NCBI GenBank assembly: GCA_016927425.1
Contig: JAFGMR010000073.1
Coordinates: forward strand, 14,234-78,233
Direction: 5' to 3'
Length of the DNA: 64,000 nucleotides
Origin: Methanotrichaceae archaeon
Lineage (GTDB): Archaea > Halobacteriota > Methanosarcinia > Methanotrichales > Methanotrichaceae
Shown here: piece by piece, positions 18,432-28,328 of the stretch
How the letters are laid out: each line of letters begins with the position of its first letter
Numbering within the stretch: the stretch's first letter is position 1
Notes under the pieces: model-generated
What the model was told of the DNA's origin: nothing
Databases searched by the model: none
What the model saw: only the letters and a program-made list of their open reading frames with translations
Made by a program: the position numbers and the translations under genes

Positions 18432-19895
18432 TCAGCCCTCCGGCTCGATCCCGAGCATCCCCCAGATCCTAGCCATATCGAGATGCGCCTTTACAGCGTC
18501 GGCCAGCTCGTCGAAGCCATCGCCCTTCCTTCCGGGGGAGCGATTCAGGCCCTTTCGCTCGTAGAGGTAGTCGAGGAACGCCTCGCGGAAGTTCTCGTTC
18601 TCGAAGATGCCATGCAGGTATGTTCCTATGACGAGGCCTCCTCCTGCGACCGATCCGTCGCCCTCGAAGGCAGGCTCCTCGTTGGACTCTGTCATCCCCA
18701 TGTGGATCTCGTAGCCCGATACCTCCTCGCCCCCGATCCGTCCAAGGATCGGCCCGTCTCCGACGACCCTCTTTCTCACCTGGACAGTGCGCTTCTGATA
18801 GAGGTCGAAGTGGGTCTTTGCGTCCATCAGCCCGAGCCCCTCAACGATTCCTTCGGCATCCTCTATGCCGCTATCCACGATCTCTCGACCCAGCATCTGG
18901 TAGCCGCCGCAAATGCCGAGAATAGGCACACCCTTGAGGGCGAGTATCTCTTTATCCATACCGCGCCGCCTCATCTCCAACAGGTCGGAGACCGTATTCT
19001 TGGATCCCGGGATGATCACTGCGTCCGGATGGCCCAAGGGCTCGCCGAGCGCGACGTACCTGACCCTGGAAAGCCGCTCCAAGGGCTCGAAGTCGGTGAA
19101 GTTGCTGATGCGGGGAAGCTTGATTATGGCGATCTCGACCCCCTCGGCCATAGGCGCCTGCCGGCCCGACTTATCGCCCAAGGAGACCGAGTCCTCGGAT
19201 GGGATCTCAAGATCCAGATATGGAAGCACCCCAAGAACTGGAATCCCGGTCAGCTCCTCCAGCTGCTCCAGTCCCGGCTCAAGTATGGCAGGGTCGCCCC
19301 TGAACTTGTTGATAACAAGCCCCTTGACAAGTGGACGGATCTCCTCTGGGAGGAGCTTGACCGTCCCAAAGAGGCTTGCGAAGACCCCGCCGCGTTCGAT
19401 GTCGCCAACCAGGATCACCGGCGCCCGGAGCTTATCCGCGATATAGATATTGGCAAGGTCGCGATCGAATAGGTTGATCTCAGCAGCCCCTCCAGCCCCC
19501 TCGACGATTATGTAGTCATACTCCTCTTCGAGCCTCCGAAGGGCGCCGTCCACGGTCTCCTTGAGGCCCTCGATCTCTCGATAATACTCCTCGGCCGAGC
19601 GATCGGCAACGGGCCGCCCCATCACTATCACCTGAGAGGTACGGTCGCCCTTCGGCTTCAGAAGGATCGGGTTCATCAGCTCCGAGGGCTCGACGCCCGC
19701 GGCCCAGGCCTGCACCGCCTGCGCTATTCCCATCTCGCCGCCGGACTCGGTGACCCAGGAGTTGAGGCTCATGTTCTGCGACTTGAAGGGCGCAACCTTC
19801 AGGCCCCGATTGCGAAGCAGCCTGCAAAGCGCGGCTACAAGCGTGCTCTTGCCGGAGTGGGAGGTTGTGCCGAGCACAACGAGGTATCGAGTCAT
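18432..19895 (-). CDS. cobQ: cobyric acid synthase
   Basis: MTRYLVVLGTTSHSGKST P-loop start (ATG 19895) and a C-terminal GATase GICGGYQMLG...YEIHMG. Confidence 0.9.
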   Translation of the reverse strand: MTRYLVVLGTTSHSGKSTLVAALCRLLRNRGLKVAPFKSQNMSLNSWVTESGGEMGIAQAVQAWAAGVEPSELMNPILLKPKGDRTSQVIVMGRPVADRSAEEYYREIEGLKETVDGALRRLEEEYDYIIVEGAGGAAEINLFDRDLANIYIADKLRAPVILVGDIERGGVFASLFGTVKLLPEEIRPLVKGLVINKFRGDPAILEPGLEQLEELTGIPVLGVLPYLDLEIPSEDSVSLGDKSGRQAPMAEGVEIAIIKLPRISNFTDFEPLERLSRVRYVALGEPLGHPDAVIIPGSKNTVSDLLEMRRRGMDKEILALKGVPILGICGGYQMLGREIVDSGIEDAEGIVEGLGLMDAKTHFDLYQKRTVQVRKRVVGDGPILGRIGGEEVSGYEIHMGMTESNEEPAFEGDGSVAGGGLVIGTYLHGIFENENFREAFLDYLYERKGLNRSPGRKGDGFDELADAVKAHLDMARIWGMLGIEPEG

Positions 19896-20036
19896 GTCGT
19901 TGCGGGATTGATATTCAAGTTTATTTGAGTTTTGGAAGGCGGATGGAATTTGTCTGTTCACCAAGCATCCGGATTCTACACGTCCGGGAGCATAGCGACA
20001 CCTACAAGTCCTTTGAGATATAAAATTCGTGCATAG

Positions 20037-20888
20037 ATGGAGGAGTCGGCCTTGAAACCCAAGATGTATAAAGGAAATCCAGCGGTATTTCTGAGAAAGG
20101 ATGGTAATTACGAGATCAAGATACTCGTAACCGGTGGCATGTTAACTTCCCAGCAGATCAAGAGCATCGGAGAGGTCGCCCTGAAGTACGGGGCAGAGGT
20201 CCATATAACCGTGCGCCAGGAGCTCTCCATCCTGGGGGTCCCCGAGGATAAGCTCGACCTTGCCCTCGAAGATCTGGCGAAGGCGGGACTGCATCCGGGA
20301 TCAGCCGGAATGACCTTCAGGAACATCGTCTCCTGCCTGGGGGAGAAGTACTGCTTCAAAGCTGCTGCAGAGACGACGGAGCTTGCAAAGGAGATAGGCC
20401 GGCTCTTCACAGGACAGAAGACTCCCGGCCCCCTCAAGGTGGGGATAGGAGGATGTCCATTCCCCTGCACGAGGCCCCAGTTCAACGAGATCGGATTGAT
20501 GGGGCGGGTGAGGCCGGATCTGGATCTGGAGAAGTGCACAGGCTGCGGAAAGTGCGTAGAGGTTTGCAAGGTTGGGGCAACTAGAATCGTCGACGAAAAA
20601 GCGGTTATCGACTTCGACAAGTGCATCATGTGCGGCAGGTGCGTGGTCAACTGTCCGGTAGGGGCCAGGTACACGGCAGAGGATGGATACATGCTCTTCG
20701 TGGGCGGGAGGGGGAGCTGGCCACCCCATGAGGGTTGGATCCTGCGCGACTTTATCAAGAGGGAGGAGGTAGTTCCCCAGATCGAGCGAATATTGAAGGT
20801 CTACAATGCTCAGGCCAAGCCGGGGATGAGGCTTCGCGAGTTCATAAACTCGATCGGGTTCGAGGAGTTCAAGAGGCAGGTGCAATAG
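20037..20888 (+). CDS. small sulfite/nitrite-reductase-like protein with an inserted 2x[4Fe-4S] ferredoxin domain (Dsr-LP type)
   Basis: Sulfite-reductase ferredoxin-like half domain (ITVRQELSILGV), a siroheme/cluster-type Cys region (GGCPFPCTRP), and two CxxCxxCxxxCP motifs (CTGCGKCVEVC, CIMCGRCVVNCP). Confidence 0.6.
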   Translation: MEESALKPKMYKGNPAVFLRKDGNYEIKILVTGGMLTSQQIKSIGEVALKYGAEVHITVRQELSILGVPEDKLDLALEDLAKAGLHPGSAGMTFRNIVSCLGEKYCFKAAAETTELAKEIGRLFTGQKTPGPLKVGIGGCPFPCTRPQFNEIGLMGRVRPDLDLEKCTGCGKCVEVCKVGATRIVDEKAVIDFDKCIMCGRCVVNCPVGARYTAEDGYMLFVGGRGSWPPHEGWILRDFIKREEVVPQIERILKVYNAQAKPGMRLREFINSIGFEEFKRQVQ

Positions 20889-20957
20889 ACGCTGCGTTGG
20901 GAGAAAAGGGGCTGGCAAGATCCGATGATGAAAAAGGGCGGTTTGGGAAAGGAGGGC

Positions 20958-21269
20958 TCAACCGAAGAGAGCCCCCATCCCCGCCTCGGCCGACTCCGCC
21001 TCGTCGCGGAAGGCCTTCATCACATCCTCAGCCTCCGCCTCAAGAAGAGGCTTTGCCGGTGAATCCTTCAGGAGATTTTGGGCCTCCTCGGCCAGGTCAT
21101 CTCGGGCCTTGATGTACATGTAGAACCCGGGCTTATCGAATCCCATTGCCTGGGCCTCCCTAACCGTAGGCCCGATCCTCTTGAAGAACTCCTCTTCGAG
21201 CAGCCGCTTCATTATCGGGCCGCTATCCAGATCGTAATAGTAAGCAAGCTCCATATCTAAAACCTCCAT
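20958..21269 (-). CDS. acidic hypothetical protein (103 aa)
   Basis: Good codon-usage look, abuts the upstream small gene with no gap, and sits on the same strand as the idsA block. No motif recognised. Confidence 0.45.
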   Translation of the reverse strand: MEVLDMELAYYYDLDSGPIMKRLLEEEFFKRIGPTVREAQAMGFDKPGFYMYIKARDDLAEEAQNLLKDSPAKPLLEAEAEDVMKAFRDEAESAEAGMGALFG

Positions 21270-21467
21270 CTAATGACTGAGGGCTTCGATTGCCCCCTCC
21301 AGCTTCTCGATGGAGCGGTCCATCAGCTCGGCCGCCTCCAATACAGCCGCGGCTGCCTCGGGACTGACCTCCTCGATCTGCTTTGCCCTCTCTCGAAAGC
21401 TCTTGCTGTGGCTTTTATTATGCTCGACCCAGTGCTCCAATAGATGCTCTGCCTCATGAGATTGCAA
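21270..21467 (-). CDS. small helical His/Glu-rich hypothetical protein (65 aa)
   Basis: MQSHEAEHLLEHWVEHNKSHSKSF... Lies 57 nt downstream of idsA on the same strand. Confidence 0.4.
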   Translation of the reverse strand: MQSHEAEHLLEHWVEHNKSHSKSFRERAKQIEEVSPEAAAAVLEAAELMDRSIEKLEGAIEALSH

Positions 21468-21524
21468 TTGATTTCACCACCTGAAGATTAACGCCCTCGA
21501 AATCCCCTCTCGACACCCGCTGGC

Positions 21525-22493
21525 TCAATAGCCCCGCCTGATCATGTAGTCGGCAAGATCGAGCAGCAATGCCTTAACCGTGGAATCTTTGAGGACTCCA
21601 AGCGCCTCCTTTCCGCGATCGACGAGATCGATCGCCTTGGCCCTGGCGTACTCTATCGACCCGCTGTCATCGAGGAGGGATATCGCGTCCTCGATCTCCC
21701 CCACAGTGGCCTTGCCGCGACCGAAAAGATCAAGCCTCACGCCACGATCCATGGCGTGTATCATGATCAACGTCTTCTTCCCCTCGACGAGGTCGCCGCC
21801 CCTTCGCTTGCCCAATACCTCTGCAGGTACCGTAAGGTCCAGTATGTCGTCATGGATCTGGAAGCCCATGCCTGTCAGGCGGCCGTACTCCTCGAGGCCT
21901 GCCACCTCCTCCTGGGACCCTCCGGAGAGCATGGCTCCGATCCAGGCCGAGGCACCGTAGAGGACTCCGGTCTTCTTCTCGATCATCTCCATGTACTCGG
22001 CCTCGAAGACCTCATCCCTCCCCTCGAAATCCAGGTCCATCCATTGGCCTTCGCAGATGGATGCACAGGTCTGGGATAGCATCCCCATCGACGAGAGGAC
22101 TTTTCCGGGATCAGCCTTTGCTCCTGAGAGGATCTGGAAGGCCTTGGAGTAGAGGGTATCTCCGGCGAGGATCGCGCCTGACGTTCCCCAAAGGACATGA
22201 ACCGCTGGCTTTCCGCGGCGAAGATCGGCGTTGTCCATGATATCGTCATGGATCAATGTGAAGTTATGGACGAGCTCTATGGCGACGGCCGCGGGGACCA
22301 CATCCAAGGGATTGCCTCCCACAGCCTCCGATGCCATGAGCAGCATCGATGGACGCAAGCGCTTTCCTCCGGCGTCCAAAAGATGCCTTCCAGCCCTATA
22401 GAGCTGCTCTGGCCTCTGAACCGGTAAAAGCTCGCCGATTGCCAATGATACGATCGCCGCCCGCCTCTCCAAGTCCCCCAGATCGATAGCCAT
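21525..22493 (-). CDS. idsA: polyprenyl (geranylgeranyl) diphosphate synthase
   Basis: FARM LIHDDIMDNADLRRG and SARM QIHDDILDL. ATG at 22493 (MAIDLGDLERR) was chosen because it lies 8 nt after the rnj stop. Confidence 0.85.
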   Translation of the reverse strand: MAIDLGDLERRAAIVSLAIGELLPVQRPEQLYRAGRHLLDAGGKRLRPSMLLMASEAVGGNPLDVVPAAVAIELVHNFTLIHDDIMDNADLRRGKPAVHVLWGTSGAILAGDTLYSKAFQILSGAKADPGKVLSSMGMLSQTCASICEGQWMDLDFEGRDEVFEAEYMEMIEKKTGVLYGASAWIGAMLSGGSQEEVAGLEEYGRLTGMGFQIHDDILDLTVPAEVLGKRRGGDLVEGKKTLIMIHAMDRGVRLDLFGRGKATVGEIEDAISLLDDSGSIEYARAKAIDLVDRGKEALGVLKDSTVKALLLDLADYMIRRGY

Positions 22494-22501
22494 GATCCCA
22501 C

Positions 22502-23842
22502 CTACTTCAGAATCAGCTTTTGCCCATTGCGCAAGAGATGAATGGTGTAGCCCAGGTCGTAGCCGTTCTGCTCGGCGATCTTCAGATAGGCGCCATGGGT
22601 GTTTATGCTCCCGTGGCTTGGGATGACGTGCTCGGGATTGATCATCCTCAGAAGCTCCCAATGATCCTCACGACATGCATGTCCAGAGACATGGACGTTG
22701 TCGTAGATCCTCGCACCGCGCATCTGCAGCTTGGTCTCGACCACATATCGATTGGCCACGTTGAGAGGCTGGGGTATGACTCCTGCGCTGAAGATCACCT
22801 TGTCGCCAGTCTCCACCTGATAATCGGTCTCGCCGTTCGCGATCCTGCCGAGGATTGCCCCGGGCTCCCCCTGATGTCCCGTCATTATGGGCAGGAACTT
22901 GTCCTTGCCCTCTGCCATGATCCGCTTCAACGCTTTGTCCACGTTCCTCCTTCGCCCGTGAACGGCAAGGCCGTTCCCCTTATCCGCATAACCCGTCCGC
23001 ATGGCAGTCCCCCAGTACTTATCCATCGATCGTCCAAGAAGGACGGGCTTTCTGCCCATTTTGTGGGCGGCCTCGATTATGGCCCTTATGCGCGCGATGT
23101 GGGAGGAGAAGGTCGTGACCATGACGCCTGATTTGCTCTCCTCCGTCCCCATGAGCACGTCCCACACCAGATCCTTCGCGATCTGTTCCGATGGGGTCTT
23201 TCCGGAGATCTCGGCGTTGGTGGTCTCCGTGATCAAGGCCACTACGCCTTCGCGTCCGAGCTCGCGAAGCCGGGCGAAGTCGGGAGGCTCGCCCAGCGTG
23301 GGGCTGCGGTCTATCTTGAAGTCATTCGCATAGAGTATGATCCCATGACGTGTGTGGATGGCCACGAATACGCAGTCCACGATGCTGTGCTGGACCCTAA
23401 CGAACTCGAGCTCGATATCGGGGGTTACCTGGTACCTCTCCCGAGCGTTCATGGTCATGACCTCGTTGTCCACCCCAAATATCCTCTCAGCCTTGATCTC
23501 CTGTCTGATCAGATCGGCTGTGAAAGGGGTGGCCAAGACCGGACATCTGTATCGATGGGCGAGCTTCGGGATGGCCCCGATATGATCCAGATGACCATGT
23601 GTGCAGGCTATTGCCTTCACATCGCCAGCCATCTTGTCCATTACCCGGTCATCGGGGATGGCCCCCATCGCGATCAGCTCGCTTGAGTGGAGGGACTCCA
23701 CCTCGGTATCCTCATGGATCTGGACCCGGTCTAGCCGGATGCCCATATCCATCACTATGATATCGCGGCCGACCCTGATACCGGTCATATTCCTGCCGAT
23801 CTCGTTGTATCCGCCGACCGCTATAATCTCAATATCCTTCAT
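22502..23842 (-). CDS. rnj: archaeal RNase J (beta-CASP metallo-beta-lactamase)
   Basis: MKDIEIIAVGGYNEIGRNMT..., HGHLDHIGAIPKL and a C-terminal ...VSGHACREDH motif. 446 aa. Confidence 0.85.
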   Translation of the reverse strand: MKDIEIIAVGGYNEIGRNMTGIRVGRDIIVMDMGIRLDRVQIHEDTEVESLHSSELIAMGAIPDDRVMDKMAGDVKAIACTHGHLDHIGAIPKLAHRYRCPVLATPFTADLIRQEIKAERIFGVDNEVMTMNARERYQVTPDIELEFVRVQHSIVDCVFVAIHTRHGIILYANDFKIDRSPTLGEPPDFARLRELGREGVVALITETTNAEISGKTPSEQIAKDLVWDVLMGTEESKSGVMVTTFSSHIARIRAIIEAAHKMGRKPVLLGRSMDKYWGTAMRTGYADKGNGLAVHGRRRNVDKALKRIMAEGKDKFLPIMTGHQGEPGAILGRIANGETDYQVETGDKVIFSAGVIPQPLNVANRYVVETKLQMRGARIYDNVHVSGHACREDHWELLRMINPEHVIPSHGSINTHGAYLKIAEQNGYDLGYTIHLLRNGQKLILK

Positions 23843-24933
23843 CTCGACAACTCTCTTCTAACTGAAAACCTTCTGGTATTGAAACCCCTCTGCTCCAGGA
23901 TCTCCCGGGTCCTGCCCAATATTAAGAGCGGCGCCCCCTGAAGCTGGGAGATGCTGGCGCTGCCTGTGAGGAGCATGGTTATTCGAAGCGCTCTGATATA
24001 CGACCGAAGCTGGCTTGCGACGCTCTCGTGCCCTCTTGTGGCAGCAGCAAGAAGGGGGAGGGCAACGCCGGCGACCGAGGCTCCCAGAGCTACGCTTCGG
24101 GCAACGTCGAGGCCACTTCTGACCCCGCCGGAGGAGATCGCCTCCGCGCCGGAGGCCAGGCACTCCACCAGAGAAGCGGGAGTCGGCATCCCCCAGCAGC
24201 GAAAGAGCTCGCCGATCTCCTGCGACTCCAGGTCGCCCCTTTCCTCTGCCCTGAAGGCCTCCACAGCCGACCAGCTTGTGCCGCCGCATCCTGCAACATC
24301 GATGATCCCGATCCCGGCCTTAACGAGTGCAGAGGCCTCCTCGTAGCATATCCCCGCCCCCGTCTCCTTGACGATTAAAGGATGCGATGAGTCGGCCGCA
24401 GACCGAATGGCCTCAAGCACTCCACATGCCTCCACCTCCCCTTCCGGCTGGATGCATTCTTGAAGGTAGTTGAGATGGATGGCAACTGCATCGGCCTCTA
24501 TCATCTCAGCGACCCGATCCAAGATCTCCGGCCCATGGCGGGATAGCTGTACCGCCCCGATATTTCCAACGATCGGTACGCCTGGAGCGCAATCCCTCAC
24601 CACTGAGAAAGTGTCCTCAAGCGTTGGATCCTCGAGGGCTGCCCTTTGAGAGCCAACAGCAACCGCAATCCCAATCTCCTGGGCCGCGAGCGCCAGATTG
24701 GCGTTGATCTCCTTGGTCTCCGTATGGCCTCCCGTCATCGCAGATATCATGATGGGAGCGCTTACTTTGCGACCTAGGAAGCTCGTGCTGCAATCGATCT
24801 CCGACCAGTCGAGCTCGGGGAGCGCCTTATGGACGAAGGAGAGGTCGTCGAATGAGTGGTTCTCGCATTCAACCGCCCTCTCCAGGCATACGCGGATATG
24901 ATCCAGCTTCCTGCTGGATGTGATCTGGCTCAC
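23839..24933 (-). CDS. fni: type 2 (FMN-dependent) isopentenyl-diphosphate delta-isomerase
   Basis: RKLDHIRVCLE start, ISAMTGG and VKETGAGI motifs. Has a 4-nt overlap with rnj. Confidence 0.9.
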   Translation of the reverse strand: MSQITSSRKLDHIRVCLERAVECENHSFDDLSFVHKALPELDWSEIDCSTSFLGRKVSAPIMISAMTGGHTETKEINANLALAAQEIGIAVAVGSQRAALEDPTLEDTFSVVRDCAPGVPIVGNIGAVQLSRHGPEILDRVAEMIEADAVAIHLNYLQECIQPEGEVEACGVLEAIRSAADSSHPLIVKETGAGICYEEASALVKAGIGIIDVAGCGGTSWSAVEAFRAEERGDLESQEIGELFRCWGMPTPASLVECLASGAEAISSGGVRSGLDVARSVALGASVAGVALPLLAAATRGHESVASQLRSYIRALRITMLLTGSASISQLQGAPLLILGRTREILEQRGFNTRRFSVRRELSR

Positions 24934-25676
24934 GGCACCACCGCAGTCCCTATCGCCTGTCCCCTCAAAGCCGCTTCAACGTTTCCCTCCACCGTTGCGT
25001 TGAAGATTCTTGATGTTACGCCATATTGGGCCAGATCCAGGAGCTCTCCAACCTTTCCACGCATGCCGCCGGTGACATCAAACCCTGGCCCCGCCCCCAG
25101 CTCCTCCTCGATCATGGAAAGGTCATCTGCCGCGATTCGGTCGAGCACCCGCCCCCGGGACATGACGCCATCTGCTGCGGTCCCCAGTATCACCAGATCT
25201 GACCTAAGCTCGCGGGCGAGGTATGAGACCAGCTGGTCGCCCGAGACGATCCCCGAGCCTAGAGAACGATCCAGGGCGACGTCGCCATGCAACACCGGGA
25301 GGATCCCCCGCTTCACCATCTCCAGAACGATCGAAGGATCCATGGAAGCGATCCGGCCTCGATCCAAAAGCACTGAACTCAGCGGATGGACCGGAAGTGG
25401 GAAAAGATCCCTCTTCGAGAGGGCGGAGACGAAGAGCGAGTTGAGACTAACGACCGAGCGATGGGTCTCGAGGAGGCCAATAGGATCGAACCTCGAAGGG
25501 AGGCCGAACCTTTGAGCGTGGATATGGCCAAAGGAGCCTGCCCCATGAACAAGTATTAGATCGCCCGGAGAAGCGGAGACCTCCTCAGCTATCCGCTCGA
25601 TCTCCCCCAATTTAGCCGAGCCCTCTGTCGTCTTATCCGTAAGCACGCTTCCCCCTATCTTCAATATCCTAAGCAT
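24930..25676 (-). CDS. isopentenyl phosphate kinase
   Basis: ATG 25676 gives MLRILKIGGSVLTDK (amino-acid-kinase fold) and ...LVHGAGSFGH... Has a 4-nt overlap with fni. Confidence 0.85.
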   Translation of the reverse strand: MLRILKIGGSVLTDKTTEGSAKLGEIERIAEEVSASPGDLILVHGAGSFGHIHAQRFGLPSRFDPIGLLETHRSVVSLNSLFVSALSKRDLFPLPVHPLSSVLLDRGRIASMDPSIVLEMVKRGILPVLHGDVALDRSLGSGIVSGDQLVSYLARELRSDLVILGTAADGVMSRGRVLDRIAADDLSMIEEELGAGPGFDVTGGMRGKVGELLDLAQYGVTSRIFNATVEGNVEAALRGQAIGTAVVP

Positions 25677-25686
25677 CTGCCAAACC

Positions 25687-26658
25687 TCATTCCGGCTCCA
25701 GGCGCAACCCCTGACAGCCAGTGGCAACTGGAATGGCCCGGCCGCCAGCCTGCCCTATGGCAATGCAGGCAGCTTCAGAGCACTCGGGAGAGGGAAGCGC
25801 TATCATGCATCCGCCCCCCCCAGCCCCTGTGAGCTTAGCTCCAAACGATCGACCCGCGCCTCGGGCGGCATAAACGAGTTCTGCAAGCTCCCTCGTCCCG
25901 ACGCCCAAGGCCTCCAAGAGCCCATGGTTGATATTCATCAACCGGCCGAGATCTGCTAGCCTTCCATCCTTGATACAGGGGACCGCCTGGACGGTCACGC
26001 ATCCAATTGCCTGGAAGATGCGTTCTACTATATCCCTGTACTCCAGATGCAGCTGCTGCACCTTGGCAACCTCCGCCCCGGTCTCGTGAGGCTGGCCGGT
26101 ACAGCCAACGACCAGATCCAAGGGCGGGAGGTCGACCGCTTCTGCCCTCTCGCCGACCAGCTGATAGCCACCGAAGGTTGCAAGCGCAGTGTCCATGGGG
26201 CTGCCAAGCCCCCTCTGGACCGCCCTCTCAATTCCATGGGCCCGCTTTGCGATATCCCCATAGGAGAGGCCAAGCTGCATATGCTCGTTGAGGGCGCCCA
26301 ATGTGGCAACGACGATCGCGGCCGAGGAGCCCAAGCCTGCTGCAATGGGGATATTGGATTTGACGCGAAGACGGAGATCCATGCAATCTAGATCCTTCAC
26401 TACAGCGGTCACATAACGATTGGCCAAGAACGCATCACGGCTGGAGCCTAAGGAGATCACCTCGCCGGAGAGTGGATCCATAGAGAAGCCCAGCAGATGC
26501 AGGCCAAGGCCGCTTGCATCTATCTCAAGTCGACCAGGCAAGTCCTCGACCTCGACCCAGGCACGCAAGTCGACGGCCCCGCCGAGCGCAAGAGAGCCTG
26601 AAACGACCGCATGCTCCCCGAAGAGGATCGCTTTTCCCGGAGCCGATGCGGCAGTTAT
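25687..26658 (-). CDS. mvk: mevalonate kinase (start codon unresolved; see finding)
   Basis: SAPGKAILFGEHAVV N-terminal motif and GHMP motif GLGSSAAIVVA. The only canonical start is ATG at 26817, which would overlap the upstream gene by about 150 nt. ATA at 26658 sits exactly where homologues start. Confidence 0.85.
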   Translation of the reverse strand: MTAASAPGKAILFGEHAVVSGSLALGGAVDLRAWVEVEDLPGRLEIDASGLGLHLLGFSMDPLSGEVISLGSSRDAFLANRYVTAVVKDLDCMDLRLRVKSNIPIAAGLGSSAAIVVATLGALNEHMQLGLSYGDIAKRAHGIERAVQRGLGSPMDTALATFGGYQLVGERAEAVDLPPLDLVVGCTGQPHETGAEVAKVQQLHLEYRDIVERIFQAIGCVTVQAVPCIKDGRLADLGRLMNINHGLLEALGVGTRELAELVYAARGAGRSFGAKLTGAGGGGCMIALPSPECSEAACIAIGQAGGRAIPVATGCQGLRLEPE

Positions 26659-26669
26659 GGCTCTACCTC

Positions 26670-27470
26670 CTATGTGAATACTATGGCCGCGTAACCCACA
26701 ACCTGACGATAGTCTCCAGTCACATCCCCGCTTGTCGCGTAACGCAGGAGCTTCGCCCTGCTCGCCCCTAATATGCGGGAGGCAACGATTGTGGCGGCGA
26801 TTGGACCGTAACCGCATGCCGATACGTTCAACGAATAGAGGCGAGAATAGAGCTCGGGAACATCAAGATGTAAGATGGCCTCGATAAGCGCGGCATCGTC
26901 TCTCCTCGCCACCTCTTGAGGCCGGTAGTGGGAAAAGTCGCTGCTTGCGATGATCGTGCAACTTCTGCCCAATCGACGGGCGGCCTCCCCGATGGCGGAT
27001 CCGACCTCCACTGCGGACTCCTCATCCTGCAATCCCATGCAGATCGGAAGAATCTTGAATCCAGCAAAGGACCTCTGAAGAAATGGGATCTGCACCTCAA
27101 GCGAATGCTCGTAGGCATGGGCAAGCTCGTCATGCTCCAGAATGGAGCCAGAAAGGGCATCAGCGAACTCTTGATCGCACTCGACCGCCCCAAGGGGGGT
27201 TTTCCAAGTGTCCCTTGAGAGAGCTATGGGTATGCCCTGGCCGTGATGGTTTGGGCCGATGAGAACGTACGTATCCCTTTGAGGCAGCCGAGAGTAGACC
27301 TCTGCGGCCACCGACCCGGAGTAGATGTAGCCAGCGTGTGGGACGACCGCTCCAATGACCTCCGTGGGATCGGGGACTAGGCCGCGGAAGGCCTCATCCA
27401 TATCCTGCCGCAGTCCATCGGCGCTTCCCGAATAGAACTGGCCTGCCACAACGGGGAATCTCATCAGCAC
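26670..27470 (-). CDS. MEMO1-family protein (AmmeMemoRadiSam system protein B)
   Basis: RFPVVAGQFYSG start, VVPHAGYIYSG, ...DFSHY... 266 aa. Confidence 0.8.
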   Translation of the reverse strand: MLMRFPVVAGQFYSGSADGLRQDMDEAFRGLVPDPTEVIGAVVPHAGYIYSGSVAAEVYSRLPQRDTYVLIGPNHHGQGIPIALSRDTWKTPLGAVECDQEFADALSGSILEHDELAHAYEHSLEVQIPFLQRSFAGFKILPICMGLQDEESAVEVGSAIGEAARRLGRSCTIIASSDFSHYRPQEVARRDDAALIEAILHLDVPELYSRLYSLNVSACGYGPIAATIVASRILGASRAKLLRYATSGDVTGDYRQVVGYAAIVFT

Positions 27471-27482
27471 ATCATCTCGTTA

Positions 27483-28112
27483 TCAGAACTCCATCTCGAA
27501 GTCCGAGACGGTATAGCGGAAGCGCATCTCCTCTCCCCTCTCGCGAAGCACCTGTCTTGCCATGAGCCAGTAGATCAACGTCAGGGCCTTTCTGCCCTTG
27601 TTGTTGGTGGGGATCACGAGGTCCACGTTGGACGTCATGTTGTTGGTATCACATAGTGCGACCACGGGCACGCCCGCATCGACCGCCTCGTTCACCGCCT
27701 GGCTGTCACCGCTTGGGTCGGTCGCAACAAGCACATCCGGCTCGAAAAATCCCGAGAAGTTGGGGTTGGTCAACGTATTAGGGATGAACCTGCCCACATT
27801 AGCCTTGGCGCCTATGGACTTCGCAAGCATCGTGGCCGGCCTCTGGCCGTACTGCCTTGCGGAGACGACCAGGACCTTGGAGGGGTCATAGTTCGCCAAG
27901 AACTTGCCAGCAAGCCGTATGCGCCGATCCGTCGACTGAACATCGAGAACATAAAGGCCGTCGGTCCGCACCCTGTAAATGTAACTCATCATATCACGGG
28001 TCTTCTGCTGGGTGCCTATGTGCACCCCTGCAGCGAGATACTCATCGATGGGAATCAGCGTCTCGTACTCTCCCTCGATGGCTATCACCTCATCTTCAAC
28101 CAAAGATCTCAC
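27483..28112 (-). CDS. rps2: 30S ribosomal protein S2 (uS2)
   Basis: [17 protein letters not shown]...[14 protein letters not shown] and LVATDP...[16 protein letters not shown]. Confidence 0.9.
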   Translation of the reverse strand: MRSLVEDEVIAIEGEYETLIPIDEYLAAGVHIGTQQKTRDMMSYIYRVRTDGLYVLDVQSTDRRIRLAGKFLANYDPSKVLVVSARQYGQRPATMLAKSIGAKANVGRFIPNTLTNPNFSGFFEPDVLVATDPSGDSQAVNEAVDAGVPVVALCDTNNMTSNVDLVIPTNNKGRKALTLIYWLMARQVLRERGEEMRFRYTVSDFEMEF

Positions 28113-28124
28113 CTACCTAAAGAA

Positions 28125-28304
28125 TTATTTGGAATCACGTCTCACGGTAATGGGGATGACTCCCAACTCCATCTCTTCAAGAGCTATTTCAAGAGGGTCA
28201 ATGGATTCTGTATGTATGAGTACCGGAGCGCCCATGAAAATCTGCAGTGCCCTGGCCCCCACTATCCTAGCACGTTCATATCGGGTATATTTCTTGCCCT
28301 TCAA
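28125..28304 (-). CDS. rpoK: DNA-directed RNA polymerase subunit K (Rpo6)
   Basis: Hand translation; the product is below the 60-aa cutoff of the track. TTG start after GAGGTGG gives [59 protein letters not shown], the classical omega/Rpo6 core. Confidence 0.8.
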   Translation of the reverse strand: MKGKKYTRYERARIVGARALQIFMGAPVLIHTESIDPLEIALEEMELGVIPITVRRDSK

Positions 28305-28328
28305 ATAGCCACCTCAAAAGGAAGAGTA

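Noticed and set aside
25687-26817. Long form of mevalonate kinase starting at ATG 26817
   Set aside because: It adds 53 residues (MRLRSNRRHNRCLPHIRGEQ...) that look like shadow-frame translation of the MEMO gene, which it overlaps by about 150 nt. I kept it only as an alternative in the start-codon finding.
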